Notes: generated by a model from the sequence alone, not told the origin. A DNA stretch of 64,000 nt from Gammaproteobacteria bacterium (GCA_963422205.2 CAXMWX010000003.1:64001-128000); one strand, 5' to 3'. Shown: positions 1 through 12,577, numbered from the stretch's first letter. Translations and numbers: made by a program.

Positions 1-12
1 CAGTGGCTGGCG

Positions 13-765
13 GTGCCGGGCCGGGCTGAGGATATCTGGCCGGCCTTGCGCGACTACTTCACCGCAAAAGGCTATCCGCTTGAACTTGATGATGCCGAGC
101 TGGGTGTGCTGGTCACTGGCTGGTCTGCGCCTGCTGAGAACCCGACCGGAAACGATGGCTTCATCTATCGTAACAGATACAAAATTTTCTCAGAGCCCGG
201 GGCGGATCAAATCAGCACGGTGTTATTTATCAGCAAGCAGATGCAACAACGTATAGACCAGTCCGGGGCAGAGGGCTGGCTTGATGTGGAACAGGACAGA
301 GAGGCAGAAAAACAACTGGTAGCTGAACTGGATAATCACTTGTCAGGTAACAGCAGGCAAGGGGCGGATACCGGCGGCGGTATACCGGCACAGCAGGCAC
401 AGCCGCAGATGCTTGAGATCGGTGATGGCAAGTTATACCTGTCCATCCCGGATGAGTTCACTCGTGCCTTTCGAAAGACAGGTCTGCTCATGCAGCAGGC
501 AGGCGTGAAGATAACCGGGCAGGATAAAACCACCGGCAGCTACAAGATCAGCTATTTTGATGATACGCAAGGTAAGACAGGCTTTTTTTCCAGATTAAAA
601 TTCTGGCAGGATGATGCACCACAACCGATCATCTATCAGCTTAACCTGACCGGTGTGGGCAACAAGACCGAGTTGATTATCATGGATGAGAACGGTGACT
701 GGGACAGCAGCGAGAATGCCAGACGTATCCTGTCGCTGATACAGGAGCGCTACAATGCAGGCTGA
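13..765 (+). CDS. bamC: Outer membrane assembly lipoprotein BamC-like (NlpB/DapX), probably 5'-truncated by window edge
   Basis: Two repeated segments typical of BamC (IWPALRDYF...GVLVTGW...RNRYKIF; FTRAFRKTGL...GFFSRLKFW); frame appears to begin before the window. Confidence 0.65.
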   Translation: MPGRAEDIWPALRDYFTAKGYPLELDDAELGVLVTGWSAPAENPTGNDGFIYRNRYKIFSEPGADQISTVLFISKQMQQRIDQSGAEGWLDVEQDREAEKQLVAELDNHLSGNSRQGADTGGGIPAQQAQPQMLEIGDGKLYLSIPDEFTRAFRKTGLLMQQAGVKITGQDKTTGSYKISYFDDTQGKTGFFSRLKFWQDDAPQPIIYQLNLTGVGNKTELIIMDENGDWDSSENARRILSLIQERYNAG

Positions 766-798
766 ACCTCATCTTGCAAGCCGTGATTGACTGTAACG

Positions 799-1500
799 AT
801 GCTGATCTGCTATCAACATAACTTCATTTATCTCAAAGCGCCAAAGACAGCCGGCACATCTGTTGAGATGGCACTTGAGCCGCTCTGTGTGCCTCCGGGG
901 TCGGAAATCAGGGAATGTCGGGAAGCGATGAGGACGCCTTATGGGATTGTTGGTGCTCGTGGTCCAGCCCCACACCTGCGAAGCGAGCCACTCAAGCGAA
1001 TAAAACGCCGTCTAGGCTGGCGTAGTCACAATTCAGCGCGTTACATTCGGCTCCGTATCGGCAAGCAGCGATGGCACCAGAGCATCAAGATAGCCAACAT
1101 ACGCAACCCTTTCGACCAACTTGTTTCTGCCTATCACTTTCGTTTTCATTACAACACAAAAAAATCAGAGCCTGATTTTGCAGTGCTGCGGAAACATTTT
1201 CTGGAGAAAGTTAAAAACAACCGGTTCAGGCTGCCCTATAACAGAAAAATATTCTTTTTGTTCGGCAATTATATCATTGATAAAGTGATCCGGTTTGAGC
1301 ATCTCCACGATGATTTAGCCGCCCTTCAAAACGAGTTAATGCTGCCCATCGATCCGGTTGCTAACCTGCCTCATACCAAGAAGACCTCAAGACGGCATCC
1401 GGTTTCGGCGTATTTTGATCGGCAGGCTATTGAAATTGTGAAGTCACGTTTTGCCTGGGTGTTTGATCGGTTTGACTATCCAACAGAACCAGCGGATTGA
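799..1500 (+). CDS. Sulfotransferase family 2 protein
   Basis: 5'-PAPS motif KAPKTAGTS, 3'-PB motif IRNPFDQLVSAY, C-terminal IRFEHL...FDRFDY; ATG at 799. Confidence 0.8.
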   Translation: MLICYQHNFIYLKAPKTAGTSVEMALEPLCVPPGSEIRECREAMRTPYGIVGARGPAPHLRSEPLKRIKRRLGWRSHNSARYIRLRIGKQRWHQSIKIANIRNPFDQLVSAYHFRFHYNTKKSEPDFAVLRKHFLEKVKNNRFRLPYNRKIFFLFGNYIIDKVIRFEHLHDDLAALQNELMLPIDPVANLPHTKKTSRRHPVSAYFDRQAIEIVKSRFAWVFDRFDYPTEPAD

Positions 1501-2149
1501 TGCTGTGCAAGAAAGGCAAGCCGCGGGGCTTCCTGCCCCTGCTTATTGGCGATGACAATCTGCTTCCGGGCCAGTGGCTTTTGCCCTTTCCATTTATGAG
1601 ATGGAAGATAACCAAGCACGTCAGACGAAGCACGTCAGACATGGAGGCGTTAAATATTACCGTGCCACGCAGTTCCTCATAATAGAACGATCAGGAAGAT
1701 CATCTGGTCGGTGTCTGTGAATGCCGGCCTGCGGTTGGTTCCGGTTATCTTTATCTGAATGGACTGCCATCCGGGGCCTGCCCGTCAATACCCGGTGTGT
1801 TTCCGTCAGCCAGTTTACTGTCGAGAAGTTTGACGGCCACCTTCGCCAATGTCCCCGGCCAGCTTGCCGCCCAGGGTACATGTCAGGCCATATTGTAAAA
1901 AATGATCGCACAGCGTGTTGCGGACGGAAGCCAGCTTCTTGACGACAGGCGAGAGATCGAAAGGTGCTGGTGGATGGCATAGCAAATGAATTAACCCGTG
2001 ACCATGCCATCCTGTAGTATAAGAGCCAGCGTTTCCTCAAGAGAGTACACGGGTAATCTCCACATACCTGAAGTTTGTTTGATAATGTAATCTGCGATTT
2101 CTTTTATTGTTTTTTGTTTTCTTTTTACATTTTTAGTTTCCCAGGCATT

Positions 2150-2704
2150 TTACCTGACCACCTGCTGCTTGTCAGGCCGGCGGAACAAGGCGGAGTGCCG
2201 CAAGATATGAAAGCTGATCGTGGCCGAACTGAGCAGCAGTTTGTCATCAGCACTCTTTACCACCGCCCGCAGGCTATGGGTGCCACGGTCAAGGTTTGAC
2301 AGGTTAAACGAGGTGCTGCCACGGCCATACTCCTGGCCATCCAGATACAAAACCACGGTATGCCCGCTGGACAATGCCGGTTCAACCACAACGGACACCG
2401 AAACCGTGCCTTCATTGCTGCGAATGGCCTCATCATTTTTGGGCGATACGATCTGGATTTTTTTATACAGGCTTGTTTTCTTCTGTTGTGGGGTGTATTC
2501 GAATTGCCTGTCAGTGGCGGGCGGAATGCTGATCGGATCGTCAAGCTTAACCTCAACCGAATCATCCGCCGGGGCATCAGAGAAAATAATATTCCCATCC
2601 TCATCCACCGTCTTGTAAACCTTGGCAGACACTGCCGCCTGGTTCAGGCCGAGCAGCAGCAGGAGCAGAAATAATTGTACAGGATTAGGCATGGTATTCA
2701 GCAT
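2150..2704 (-). CDS. Exported DUF4124-type protein with C-terminal Ig-like domain
   Basis: Signal peptide, then VYKTVDEDGNIIFSDAP; C-terminal NLDRGTHSL; start 2704 or 2692. Confidence 0.7.
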   Translation of the reverse strand: MLNTMPNPVQLFLLLLLLGLNQAAVSAKVYKTVDEDGNIIFSDAPADDSVEVKLDDPISIPPATDRQFEYTPQQKKTSLYKKIQIVSPKNDEAIRSNEGTVSVSVVVEPALSSGHTVVLYLDGQEYGRGSTSFNLSNLDRGTHSLRAVVKSADDKLLLSSATISFHILRHSALFRRPDKQQVVR

Positions 2705-2895
2705 AATGCAATTCCGCTCATCTCTCAAGGAGCTGACCGGCTGGTGGTTAAGCGTTCCAAAATCATTGCCTGGTACAAGATGCCATGCGTACTTTCGATG
2801 AGGATCACCACCTGTACAAGCAGGCAGCCGTGCTATACTGCCCCGATGTTTGACAGGGGTTTGCTGCCAGAAGCATGGACAGGAGCGCAGAGGCA

Positions 2896-4086
2896 ATGAC
2901 CAACTTCGCAGCGGGCACCATCTGGGCCGGCGACAACTTGCCCGTCATGCGCGGCATCAACTCCGCCTGCATCGACCTCATCTACCTCGACCCGCCGTTT
3001 AACTCCAATCGAAACTACGAAGCGCCCATCGGCTCCAAAGCCGCCGGCGCCGCCTTCAAAGATGCCTGGACCTTGAACGATGTGGATGTGCATGAGCATG
3101 GCGAGCTGGCCGACCGCAGCCCCGCCGCCTACGCGGTGATCGAGGCGGCGCGCCAAGCCCACGGCAAAAGCATGATGAGCTACCTTATTTTCATGGCCGT
3201 GCGCCTCTTGGAGATGCAACGCATCCTCAAACCCAGCGGCAGCATCTACCTGCATTGCGACCCAACGGCGAGCCATTATCTCAAACTTTTGATGGACGGG
3301 ATTTTTGGGCGGGGTAATTTCAGAAATGAAATGATCTGGTGTTACAGCCGACCATCAGCACCCAAGCAACGTCAACTCTCGCGGGTTCATGATACCCTGC
3401 TCTGGTACAGCATGGGTGAGACTTGGACGTTTAACGCCGATGCCATCCGTCAACCCTACGCCGCCGGCAGCCGCTCCCGCGAGGGCTATGCGGCGACCAA
3501 ATCAAAAGTGGCAAAAGGTGCGGTGGCGCTGGATGAGCGCGGCAAGTTTCCTGAAAGCTGGATATACATCCCGCCCATCAAGGGCAATTCAAAAGAATAT
3601 GTCGGCTACCCCACGCAGAAGCCGTTGGCCCTGCTGGATCGGATCATCAAGGCCAGTTCCAACGAAGGCGACCTGGTGCTGGACCCCTTTTGTGGCTGTG
3701 CGACCACGCTGGTGGCCGCCGACCGCTTGCAGCGCGACTGGGCCGGGATTGACTTATCGCCACTGGCCATCAAGCTGGTGAACGAACGCATCGCCGATGA
3801 CCGGGGATTATGGGGCGGGGCCATCGCGCTCGATGGGCCGCCAGCGCGCACCGACTTGGGCAAGCTGCCCAGCTACCGCACCCACCGCCACCGGCTGTAT
3901 GGCGAACAGGAAGGCATCTGCACCGGTTGCGAGACGCACTTTCCCTTTAAGGTGATGGAGGTAGACCACATCCTGCCGCGCAGCAAAGGCGGCACCGACC
4001 ACCCCGACAACCTGCAACTGCTTTGCTCACACTGCAACCGCAGCAAAGGTGACCGCACCATGGCCGAATGGAAGGCTAACCAATAA
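2896..4086 (+). CDS. N6/N4 DNA methyltransferase (beta class) fused to C-terminal HNH endonuclease
   Basis: Motif IV IYLDPPF, YPTQKP, motif I LDPFCGCAT; C-terminal CTGC...EVDHILPRSKGG...NLQLLCSHCNRSKG. Confidence 0.9.
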   Translation: MTNFAAGTIWAGDNLPVMRGINSACIDLIYLDPPFNSNRNYEAPIGSKAAGAAFKDAWTLNDVDVHEHGELADRSPAAYAVIEAARQAHGKSMMSYLIFMAVRLLEMQRILKPSGSIYLHCDPTASHYLKLLMDGIFGRGNFRNEMIWCYSRPSAPKQRQLSRVHDTLLWYSMGETWTFNADAIRQPYAAGSRSREGYAATKSKVAKGAVALDERGKFPESWIYIPPIKGNSKEYVGYPTQKPLALLDRIIKASSNEGDLVLDPFCGCATTLVAADRLQRDWAGIDLSPLAIKLVNERIADDRGLWGGAIALDGPPARTDLGKLPSYRTHRHRLYGEQEGICTGCETHFPFKVMEVDHILPRSKGGTDHPDNLQLLCSHCNRSKGDRTMAEWKANQ

Positions 4087-4158
4087 TTATCCAGCAGGGA
4101 TTAATACCAATTAGAAATTGAAAAATGTCTTTTTATTTTACCTTCCGTATTTTCCCTC

Positions 4159-4191
4159 AAACCTATAAGGTTTTAGAAACCTTATAGGTTT
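4159..4191. repeat. Perfect 15-bp inverted repeat between convergent genes (REP-like element or terminator)
   Basis: AAACCTATAAGGTTT-tag-AAACCTTATAGGTTT. Confidence 0.8.
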
Positions 4192-4223
4192 ATACCCCCC
4201 CAATACAGGGAATGACATCAGGA

Positions 4224-5639
4224 TTACAGGCTGTAGTACATGGAAAATTCAACCGGGTGTGTCGTCATACGAAAACGGGTCACTTCTTCCATCTTGAGCT
4301 CAAGGTAGCCATCTATCATGCTGTCTGTGAATACGCCACCCGTGGTCAAAAATGCCCTGTCATTGTCCAGCGCCTCCAGTGCCTGATCCAGGGAGTGGCA
4401 GACTGTTGGCAGCCCCTGCTCCTCCTCCGGGGGCAGATCGTATAAATCCTTATCCAGCGGGGCGCCCGGATCCAACTGGTTGACGATGCCATCCAGGCCG
4501 GCCATCAGCATGGCGGTAAAAGCGAAATACGGGTTGCCACAGGAATCCGGGAAACGTACCTCAATGCGGCGTGCCTTTGGATTTGACACCCAGGGAATAC
4601 GGCAGGAAGCCGAGCGGTTGCGGGCTGAATAGGCCAGAATTAACGGCGCCTCAAACCCCGGCACCAGACGCTTGTAGCTGTTGGTGCTGGCATTGGTAAA
4701 GGCATTGATGGCCCTGGCGTGCTTAAAAATACCGCCCAGATAATGCAGTGCCGTCTCGGACAGGCCGCCGTATTTATCGCCGCTGAACAGGTTATCGCCA
4801 TCTTTGGACAGCGACTGATGCACGTGCATGCCATTACCATTATCGCCCACCAGCGGCTTGGGCATAAACGTGACGGTCTTGCCGAAGGCATGGCCGACAT
4901 TGTGCGCGCAATATTTCAGGGTTAATAATTCATCGGCTTTTCTGGTCAAGGTGGCGAATCGGGTGCCGATCTCTGCCTGGCCGGCGGTGGCGACTTCATG
5001 GTGATGCACCTCCACAGTCAGCCCCATCGCTTCCAGGGCAGTGCAGATAGCCGAGCGCACATTCTGACAGGAATCCACCGGCGGCACCGGGAAATAACCG
5101 CCTTTGGGGCCCGGGCGATGGCCGCTGTTTTTATCTTCCATGATCGTATCGCTGTTCCAGTGTCCCTCTTCGGAGTCCACTTCATAAAAGGCACGGTTGA
5201 CGCTGTCACTCCAACGTGCCTCATCGAAGATAAAAAATTCAGGCTCAGGGCCGAAATAGGCCGCATCGGCGATCCCCGTTGATTGTAAATAGGCTTCTGC
5301 GCGTTTTGCCAGAGAGCGGGGACAGCGTTCATACCCCTGCATGGTCAACGGATCCAACACATCGCAACGAATATTCACCGTGGCATCGTCATAGAAAGGA
5401 TCCAGCACGGCGGTTTCTGTGTCCGGCATCAAGACCATGTCGGATTCATTGATGCCTTTCCAGCCGGCAATGGATGAGCCGTCAAACATTTTGCCATTGT
5501 CAAAGAATTCATCATTCAGCACCGCCGCCGGCACCGAGACATGTTGTTCCTTGCCTCGGGTATCAACAAAGCGCAAATCAACAAACTTGGCCTCGCACTC
5601 CTTGAGTAAACCACGCACCTTATCTCTGGACATTATCAT
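4224..5639 (-). CDS. glnA: Glutamine synthetase type I
   Basis: [37 protein letters not shown], adenylylation site DLYDLP. Confidence 0.98.
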   Translation of the reverse strand: MIMSRDKVRGLLKECEAKFVDLRFVDTRGKEQHVSVPAAVLNDEFFDNGKMFDGSSIAGWKGINESDMVLMPDTETAVLDPFYDDATVNIRCDVLDPLTMQGYERCPRSLAKRAEAYLQSTGIADAAYFGPEPEFFIFDEARWSDSVNRAFYEVDSEEGHWNSDTIMEDKNSGHRPGPKGGYFPVPPVDSCQNVRSAICTALEAMGLTVEVHHHEVATAGQAEIGTRFATLTRKADELLTLKYCAHNVGHAFGKTVTFMPKPLVGDNGNGMHVHQSLSKDGDNLFSGDKYGGLSETALHYLGGIFKHARAINAFTNASTNSYKRLVPGFEAPLILAYSARNRSASCRIPWVSNPKARRIEVRFPDSCGNPYFAFTAMLMAGLDGIVNQLDPGAPLDKDLYDLPPEEEQGLPTVCHSLDQALEALDNDRAFLTTGGVFTDSMIDGYLELKMEEVTRFRMTTHPVEFSMYYSL

Positions 5640-5735
5640 CTCTCCTCAAAACAGATAAATTTTTCACCTACTGGACAGTCAGCCATGCAGCAGAATGCTG
5701 CCCGTCAGAGGGGCAGGAGCCGACACCGGATGCAG

Positions 5736-5750
5736 GCACATTCCATGCCA
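5736..5750 (-). promoter_or_regulatory. Sigma54 -24/-12 promoter of glnA
   Basis: Minus strand TGGCATGGAATGTGC = GG-N10-GC, about 100 nt upstream of glnA. Confidence 0.7.
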
Positions 5751-5812
5751 TCTACCTCATAAGGCTAAACGCCAGCCACACGGACGGTTACTGCCAGCGC
5801 AACGGCATGTAA

Positions 5813-5829
5813 TGCACTGAACTGGTGCG
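5813..5829. promoter_or_regulatory. NtrC binding site (weaker second half-site at 5844)
   Basis: TGCACTGAACTGGTGCG vs consensus TGCACCA-N3-TGGTGCA, upstream of the sigma54 promoter. Confidence 0.7.
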
Positions 5830-5870
5830 TCATGGCGGAATATTGCACCCTCATCAGCATGGTAACACAC

Positions 5871-7115
5871 TTAGCAGGGCAGCAGCCTCTCTCCTCTGAG
5901 AAGATCGCTAATATCCTCCCGCTCCCGCACCACAAACATCGCCTCGCCATCAACCAGCACCTCCGCCGCCCGTGGCCGGCTGTTGTAATTTGAACTCATC
6001 ACAAAGCCATAGGCGCCAGCGGAGAACACTGCCAGCAAATCGCCCTCGGTCAAGGCCAGCCGTCGTTGCAAGCCGAGAAAGTCCGCACTCTCACACACCG
6101 GCCCGACAATATCCCATAGCTGTTGCTGCCCGTCTGTCTCCTGTATTGGCAGGATTTTCTGCCAGGCCCGGTACAGGCACGGGCGCATTAAATCATTCAT
6201 CGCTGCATCAACAATGGCGAAGTTTTTATCCTGATTGGTTTTCAGGTACTCAAGCCGTGTCAGCAGCACGCCGGCATGACCGACAATTGAACGGCCAGGC
6301 TCCAGCAACACCTGGTACTGGCCGGGTATATGCTCGCTGATGAGCTGGCCGAAGTCGGCGATGGCGGGCGGCTGCTCGGCATCGTACCGGATCCCCAAAC
6401 CACCGCCGATATCAACATGCTCAAGCGTAATGCCCCTGGCCTGGAGCCTCTCCAGCAATGCCGTAATTTCAGCCATTGCATCTGCATAGGGCCCAAGGCT
6501 GGTGATCTGTGAACCGATATGGCAATCAATACCGCATAGTTTGATATGCGCCATGTCAGCCGCTATCTGATAGGCATTCACGGCATCTTGACATGCAATG
6601 CCAAACTTGTTTTCACGCAGACCGGTGGCTATATAGGGATGGGTATTTGCATCGACATCAGGATTCACCCGAAGTGATACCGGTGCCTTGAGCGACATCT
6701 CGCCAGCGATGGCATTTAACCTGTGCAGTTCACTGATGGATTCAACATTGAAACATTTAATGCCGACAGTCAGGGCCTGGCGTATTTCTGCGCTGCTTTT
6801 ACCAACGCCGGAGAAGACGGTTTTGTCAGCTTGTCCGCCGGCTTTGAGCACCCGCTCCAATTCGCCAGCAGAGACAATATCGAACCCTGATCCCAGCCGG
6901 GCCAGCAGATTCAGGATGGCAATATTGCTGTTGGCCTTGACGGCATAACAGATAAGATGCTGGCGGGCGGTTAATGCCGTATCATAAGCACGCCATTGTT
7001 GCTCAACAGCACATCGAGAATAGACAAACACCGGGGTGCCAAAACGCTGGGCGACATCGGTCATGGCGACTCCCTCAGCATGCAGCAGGCCGCCGATAAA
7101 ACGGAAGGTTTGCAT
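5871..7115 (-). CDS. lysA: Diaminopimelate decarboxylase
   Basis: PLP lysine YAVKAN, HIGSQ, EPGRS, GPVCESAD, SNYNSRPR. Confidence 0.97.
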   Translation of the reverse strand: MQTFRFIGGLLHAEGVAMTDVAQRFGTPVFVYSRCAVEQQWRAYDTALTARQHLICYAVKANSNIAILNLLARLGSGFDIVSAGELERVLKAGGQADKTVFSGVGKSSAEIRQALTVGIKCFNVESISELHRLNAIAGEMSLKAPVSLRVNPDVDANTHPYIATGLRENKFGIACQDAVNAYQIAADMAHIKLCGIDCHIGSQITSLGPYADAMAEITALLERLQARGITLEHVDIGGGLGIRYDAEQPPAIADFGQLISEHIPGQYQVLLEPGRSIVGHAGVLLTRLEYLKTNQDKNFAIVDAAMNDLMRPCLYRAWQKILPIQETDGQQQLWDIVGPVCESADFLGLQRRLALTEGDLLAVFSAGAYGFVMSSNYNSRPRAAEVLVDGEAMFVVREREDISDLLRGERLLPC

Positions 7116-7201
7116 CGTGTTGTCAGGCGTGTTGAGGTTCAGTGCGGATGTCGGCTTGCCGGATGAATATCCCGGTTATTTTTCGGGCGTATTTGCCCGG
7201 A

Positions 7202-7318
7202 TCATTGGCTTACATCAGCATCATGTCCTGCATAGCGATCAGGCAAATACAGATCGCCCTTCTGGCCGCAACCCGCCATACCAAGACATAATACAATGCA
7301 CAGAATACGTTCTCTCAT
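7202..7318 (-). CDS. lptM: Small lipoprotein LptM/LppL (YifL family)
   Basis: Lipobox and family motif MAGCGQKGDLYLP; canonical position upstream of lysA. Confidence 0.8.
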   Translation of the reverse strand: MRERILCIVLCLGMAGCGQKGDLYLPDRYAGHDADVSQ

Positions 7319-7639
7319 GCGTATGCTTAAAATAGCAACAATGTGCTTGCAACCGGTAACAAAGATAGCGATCATCTTCTGCAAGCCCGGGCAGAATGTC
7401 AAACAAAAATGCCCCGGATGGGCTACCTAAAGATGGGCTGATTTTAGGGCTGGCGCAATTTGTCGGCTCGAATAATGCCAACTGCCCGCTTGAAATCCGG
7501 GCATGTAAACCCAGTGTGTAGTATGTCAGCCCGGCAAACCGGTATAGCTAATCACTTGCAATGCCGATCAAGATGCTATAAAAATAGCAAGGCTTGCCTT
7601 GCAGCACATCGCCACCATTAATGAGGACATCAAACCACC

Positions 7640-7966
7640 ATGAGCGAGAAAATTATTCATGTATCAGACAGCAGTTTTGAACCAGAGGTATTACATTCTG
7701 AGCGGCCGGTGATGGTTGACTACTGGGCTGAATGGTGTGGCCCCTGCAAAATGATTGCACCGATCCTTGATGAGCTTGCTGATGAATACGGTGATAAGCT
7801 GACGATCGCCAAGATAAACATTGATGAGAACCCGGCAACGCCACAGAAATATGCCGTGCGCGGCATTCCCACATTAATGATCTTCAAAGGGGGCGAAGTG
7901 GCTGACACCAAAGTGGGTGCCATGACCAAATCACAGTTAGCCGCTTTTATCGACAGTGCCATTTAA
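7640..7966 (+). CDS. trxA: Thioredoxin 1
   Basis: WAEWCGPCK; precedes rho. Confidence 0.98.
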   Translation: MSEKIIHVSDSSFEPEVLHSERPVMVDYWAEWCGPCKMIAPILDELADEYGDKLTIAKINIDENPATPQKYAVRGIPTLMIFKGGEVADTKVGAMTKSQLAAFIDSAI

Positions 7967-8179
7967 AAACTTGAAAATAAAAACTTAAAAAATCCACTGG
8001 ACGCAGGCGACATGTCGTGCTAAGTTTGCCGTCAGCCCCTGTCCACAGACACGCATTAAGTTCTTAACAAATCCGATAAAACGTCCAATAAATGTATAGA
8101 ACACGCTGGACATGTTCCAGCTTGGTATGGCCATGATTGTGCCGTTCATTCCCTGCAATCCAAACACGGCTTAACGTCT

Positions 8180-9439
8180 ATGAATCTAACAGAACTCAAA
8201 CAACAACCTGCCTCTGAGTTGGTCACGCTCTCTGAATCTCTTGGCCTTGATGGTCTGGCGCGTTCCAGAAAACAGGATGTCATTTTTGAAATCCTCAAGG
8301 CACACGCTAGAAAAGGGGAAAATATCTACGGCGATGGCGTGTTGGAGATTCTGCAGGATGGCTTCGGGTTCTTGCGATCTGCGGACAGTTCATATCTCGC
8401 TGGCCCGGATGATATCTATGTCTCGCCCAGCCAGATCAGACGCTTTAACCTGCACACCGGTGATAATATCTCCGGCAAAATCCGGCCACCAAAGGATGGG
8501 GAGCGTTATTTTGCCCTGCTCAAAGTGAACGAAATCAATTTTGAGCAGCCGGAGAAAGTCAAGAACAAAATCATCTTTGAAAACTTAACGCCGCTGTTTG
8601 CACAGGAGCGGCTGAAACTGGAAGTCGGTAATGGCAGCACGGAGGATTTAACACCGCGCATCATCGATCTGGCGGCCCCTGTCGGCAAGGGGCAGCGCGG
8701 CCTGATTGTCTCCCCGCCCAAGGCCGGCAAGACGATGATCCTGCAATCCGTTGCCCATTCCATTACCCATAATCATCCCGAATGTCATTTAATGGTCTTG
8801 CTCATTGACGAGCGACCGGAGGAAGTGACAGAGATGGAGCGCTCGGTGCGCGGCGAGGTCATATCCAGCACCTTTGATGAGCCGGCATCACGGCATGTGC
8901 AGGTTGCCGATATGGTCATTGAACGTGCCAAACGCCTGGCCGAGCACAAGACCGATGTGGTCATCCTGCTGGATTCTATCACCCGTCTGGCGCGCGCTTA
9001 TAACACGGTGGTGCCGGCTTCCGGCAAGGTATTGACCGGTGGCGTTGATGCCAATGCCCTGCAAAAACCAAAACGCTTTTTCGGGGCGGCAAGAAATATA
9101 GAAGAAGGCGGCAGCCTGACGATTATCGCCACATCCCTGGTGGATACCGGCTCTCGAATGGATGAGGTGATCTACGAAGAGTTCAAGGGCACGGGCAACA
9201 TGGAGTTACACCTGGATCGCGAGATCGCCGAGAAGCGGATCTACCCGGCCATCTATATCAACCGTTCAGGCACCCGCCGTGAGGAGTTTCTGACGGATAA
9301 AGATGAGTTGCAGAAGATGTGGATATTGCGTAAGTTGTTGCATCCTATGGAGCCAATCGCCGGCATGGAATTTTTACTGGAACGCCTTAAAGCAACCAAG
9401 AACAATGCGGATTTTTTTGATGCGATGAAGAAAGGGTGA
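8180..9439 (+). CDS. rho: Transcription termination factor Rho
   Basis: [19 protein letters not shown], Walker A PPKAGKT; 419 aa. Confidence 0.99.
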   Translation: MNLTELKQQPASELVTLSESLGLDGLARSRKQDVIFEILKAHARKGENIYGDGVLEILQDGFGFLRSADSSYLAGPDDIYVSPSQIRRFNLHTGDNISGKIRPPKDGERYFALLKVNEINFEQPEKVKNKIIFENLTPLFAQERLKLEVGNGSTEDLTPRIIDLAAPVGKGQRGLIVSPPKAGKTMILQSVAHSITHNHPECHLMVLLIDERPEEVTEMERSVRGEVISSTFDEPASRHVQVADMVIERAKRLAEHKTDVVILLDSITRLARAYNTVVPASGKVLTGGVDANALQKPKRFFGAARNIEEGGSLTIIATSLVDTGSRMDEVIYEEFKGTGNMELHLDREIAEKRIYPAIYINRSGTRREEFLTDKDELQKMWILRKLLHPMEPIAGMEFLLERLKATKNNADFFDAMKKG

Positions 9440-10049
9440 TTCGGCGCCGCTTATGCCCCTCGGTCATGCGATAAAATCGCCGTAATTCACCCAGCATCTC
9501 CGCCACCCGGCCGCGACGGATAAAATGCTGCTGCAACTGCGTACAATACCGTGTTGCCAGATGATTAGCGGTTTCATAGCGCTGTCTCTCTTCAACCGAC
9601 AAATCCTCAATGTAACGCACTTGCTCAAATAATAATTCTATAACCTCGCCGAAGCCTGTCGCCTGCTGACGGCTTTGCAATGCCAGAATGCTGATAAACT
9701 TGTCTACCTCAGCCTGTAATTCCAACTCCAGCCGGGTCACGGCACGGTCATAGCTGGCATTCCAGATAACATAGAGGAAATGGCTGACGCCTTCCATCGC
9801 CAGACAACAATCCTGTAGATTATCCCGATCCAGTTGTTCCAGCGGATTGTTTGCCTGCAAATTCTCAATCACCTGCTGATCCAGATACAGGGAAATGCGT
9901 AAACCGGTCGCATCTGCGGCTATCAATAATTGCTCACGCGGGCGCTGCCGGCCCTGCATGTTCAGCAACTGGTCGGCATCGCCGCGTTTGGTAATTAAAA
10001 AATCATACACATCATGGGTGATATCCAGTGCATAGATATCCTGCAACAA
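9387..10049 (-). CDS. Hypothetical protein, possible zincin-like metal-binding (EGVSHF...[10 protein letters not shown])
   Basis: 220-aa ORF, co-oriented and 42 nt from the upstream gene; start uncertain. Confidence 0.6.
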   Translation of the reverse strand: MLQDIYALDITHDVYDFLITKRGDADQLLNMQGRQRPREQLLIAADATGLRISLYLDQQVIENLQANNPLEQLDRDNLQDCCLAMEGVSHFLYVIWNASYDRAVTRLELELQAEVDKFISILALQSRQQATGFGEVIELLFEQVRYIEDLSVEERQRYETANHLATRYCTQLQQHFIRRGRVAEMLGELRRFYRMTEGHKRRRITLSSSHQKNPHCSWLL

Positions 10050-10091
10050 GCCCTGGATTTGTTTAAGTGCGATGCGTCTTTACTCTTTAGT

Positions 10092-10712
10092 TTATTGACA
10101 AGTGCGTGATGTTGGTACTGGCACAATGCCTAGGGATTTCAGCTTGTCATGCAGGCGGCGGCTGCCCGTGCTCTGCCACATCTCATACAGACGTAACACA
10201 TCGTTGTTGTTGACGAGATTGCTGCTCTCACCCACTTCACACAAGATATCGATCAGCGTGAGAAAACGCCTTGCCAACTCGGCAAAGATGGCCTGGCGTG
10301 TCGTATTATTCGACCCGGAAGGGGCCTGTGCCAGATAGCCGTAGGCACTGCCACCCATGGCCGCATAATAATCCACATCCACTAGGCTGCGGCTCAGGCT
10401 GGCCGCATACAGGCCGGAAATAAATAACGCCACATCGCCAAGTTTTTGCAGTAGCTGGTGACGTGTGTTGATACAGTCCGAATTGGCCGCATCGGCATAC
10501 ATCAATGCCAGCGGTGGAATCATTTTGCCATCGGCAGTCTCTTCAAACAACTGTTCAGCATGCATGAAAGTGGTCAGCATATTGCTGATATAGCCAAGCG
10601 TGGCAGCGGAGATGGGCTGTCGCTGATTGGTGGCGGCATCCTGTAATTGCTGCTGGAAAAAAACATTGACATCACCCTCGGTGATTAACCTCATCATGGC
10701 CTGTTCAGACAT
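10092..10712 (-). CDS. Hypothetical protein (LGDVALFISG...VDVDYYAAMGGSAY)
   Basis: About 206-aa ORF with protein-like composition, downstream of groEL and preceded by a degenerate CIRCE. Confidence 0.7.
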   Translation of the reverse strand: MSEQAMMRLITEGDVNVFFQQQLQDAATNQRQPISAATLGYISNMLTTFMHAEQLFEETADGKMIPPLALMYADAANSDCINTRHQLLQKLGDVALFISGLYAASLSRSLVDVDYYAAMGGSAYGYLAQAPSGSNNTTRQAIFAELARRFLTLIDILCEVGESSNLVNNNDVLRLYEMWQSTGSRRLHDKLKSLGIVPVPTSRTCQ

Positions 10713-10772
10713 GTCGGCTCCCAACCCTGTGCTTGTTGCATCAATCTACAATGCAATTTAATAAAAACAAAG

Positions 10773-10799
10773 GCAGCACTCACGCTCAATGGCTGCTAA
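10773..10799. promoter_or_regulatory. Degenerate CIRCE (HrcA operator)
   Basis: GCAGCACTC-N9-GGCTGCTAA vs TTAGCACTC-N9-GAGTGCTAA (7/9 in each arm, exact spacer). Confidence 0.6.
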
Positions 10800-10860
10800 T
10801 CACCTGTTGGCAAATCAGCCTTAATAAATAAACCGAGCTCTCACGGCGTTTTGGATAAGC

Positions 10861-10890
10861 AAAAAAAACCCGCCATCAGGCGGGTTTTTT
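10861..10890. terminator. Intrinsic terminator of groESL (bidirectional shape)
   Basis: A8-CCCGCC-atca-GGCGGG-T6. Confidence 0.9.
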
Positions 10891-10912
10891 AACAAGCGCA
10901 TGAAGGCAGTGC

Positions 10913-12577
<1,665 letters not shown>

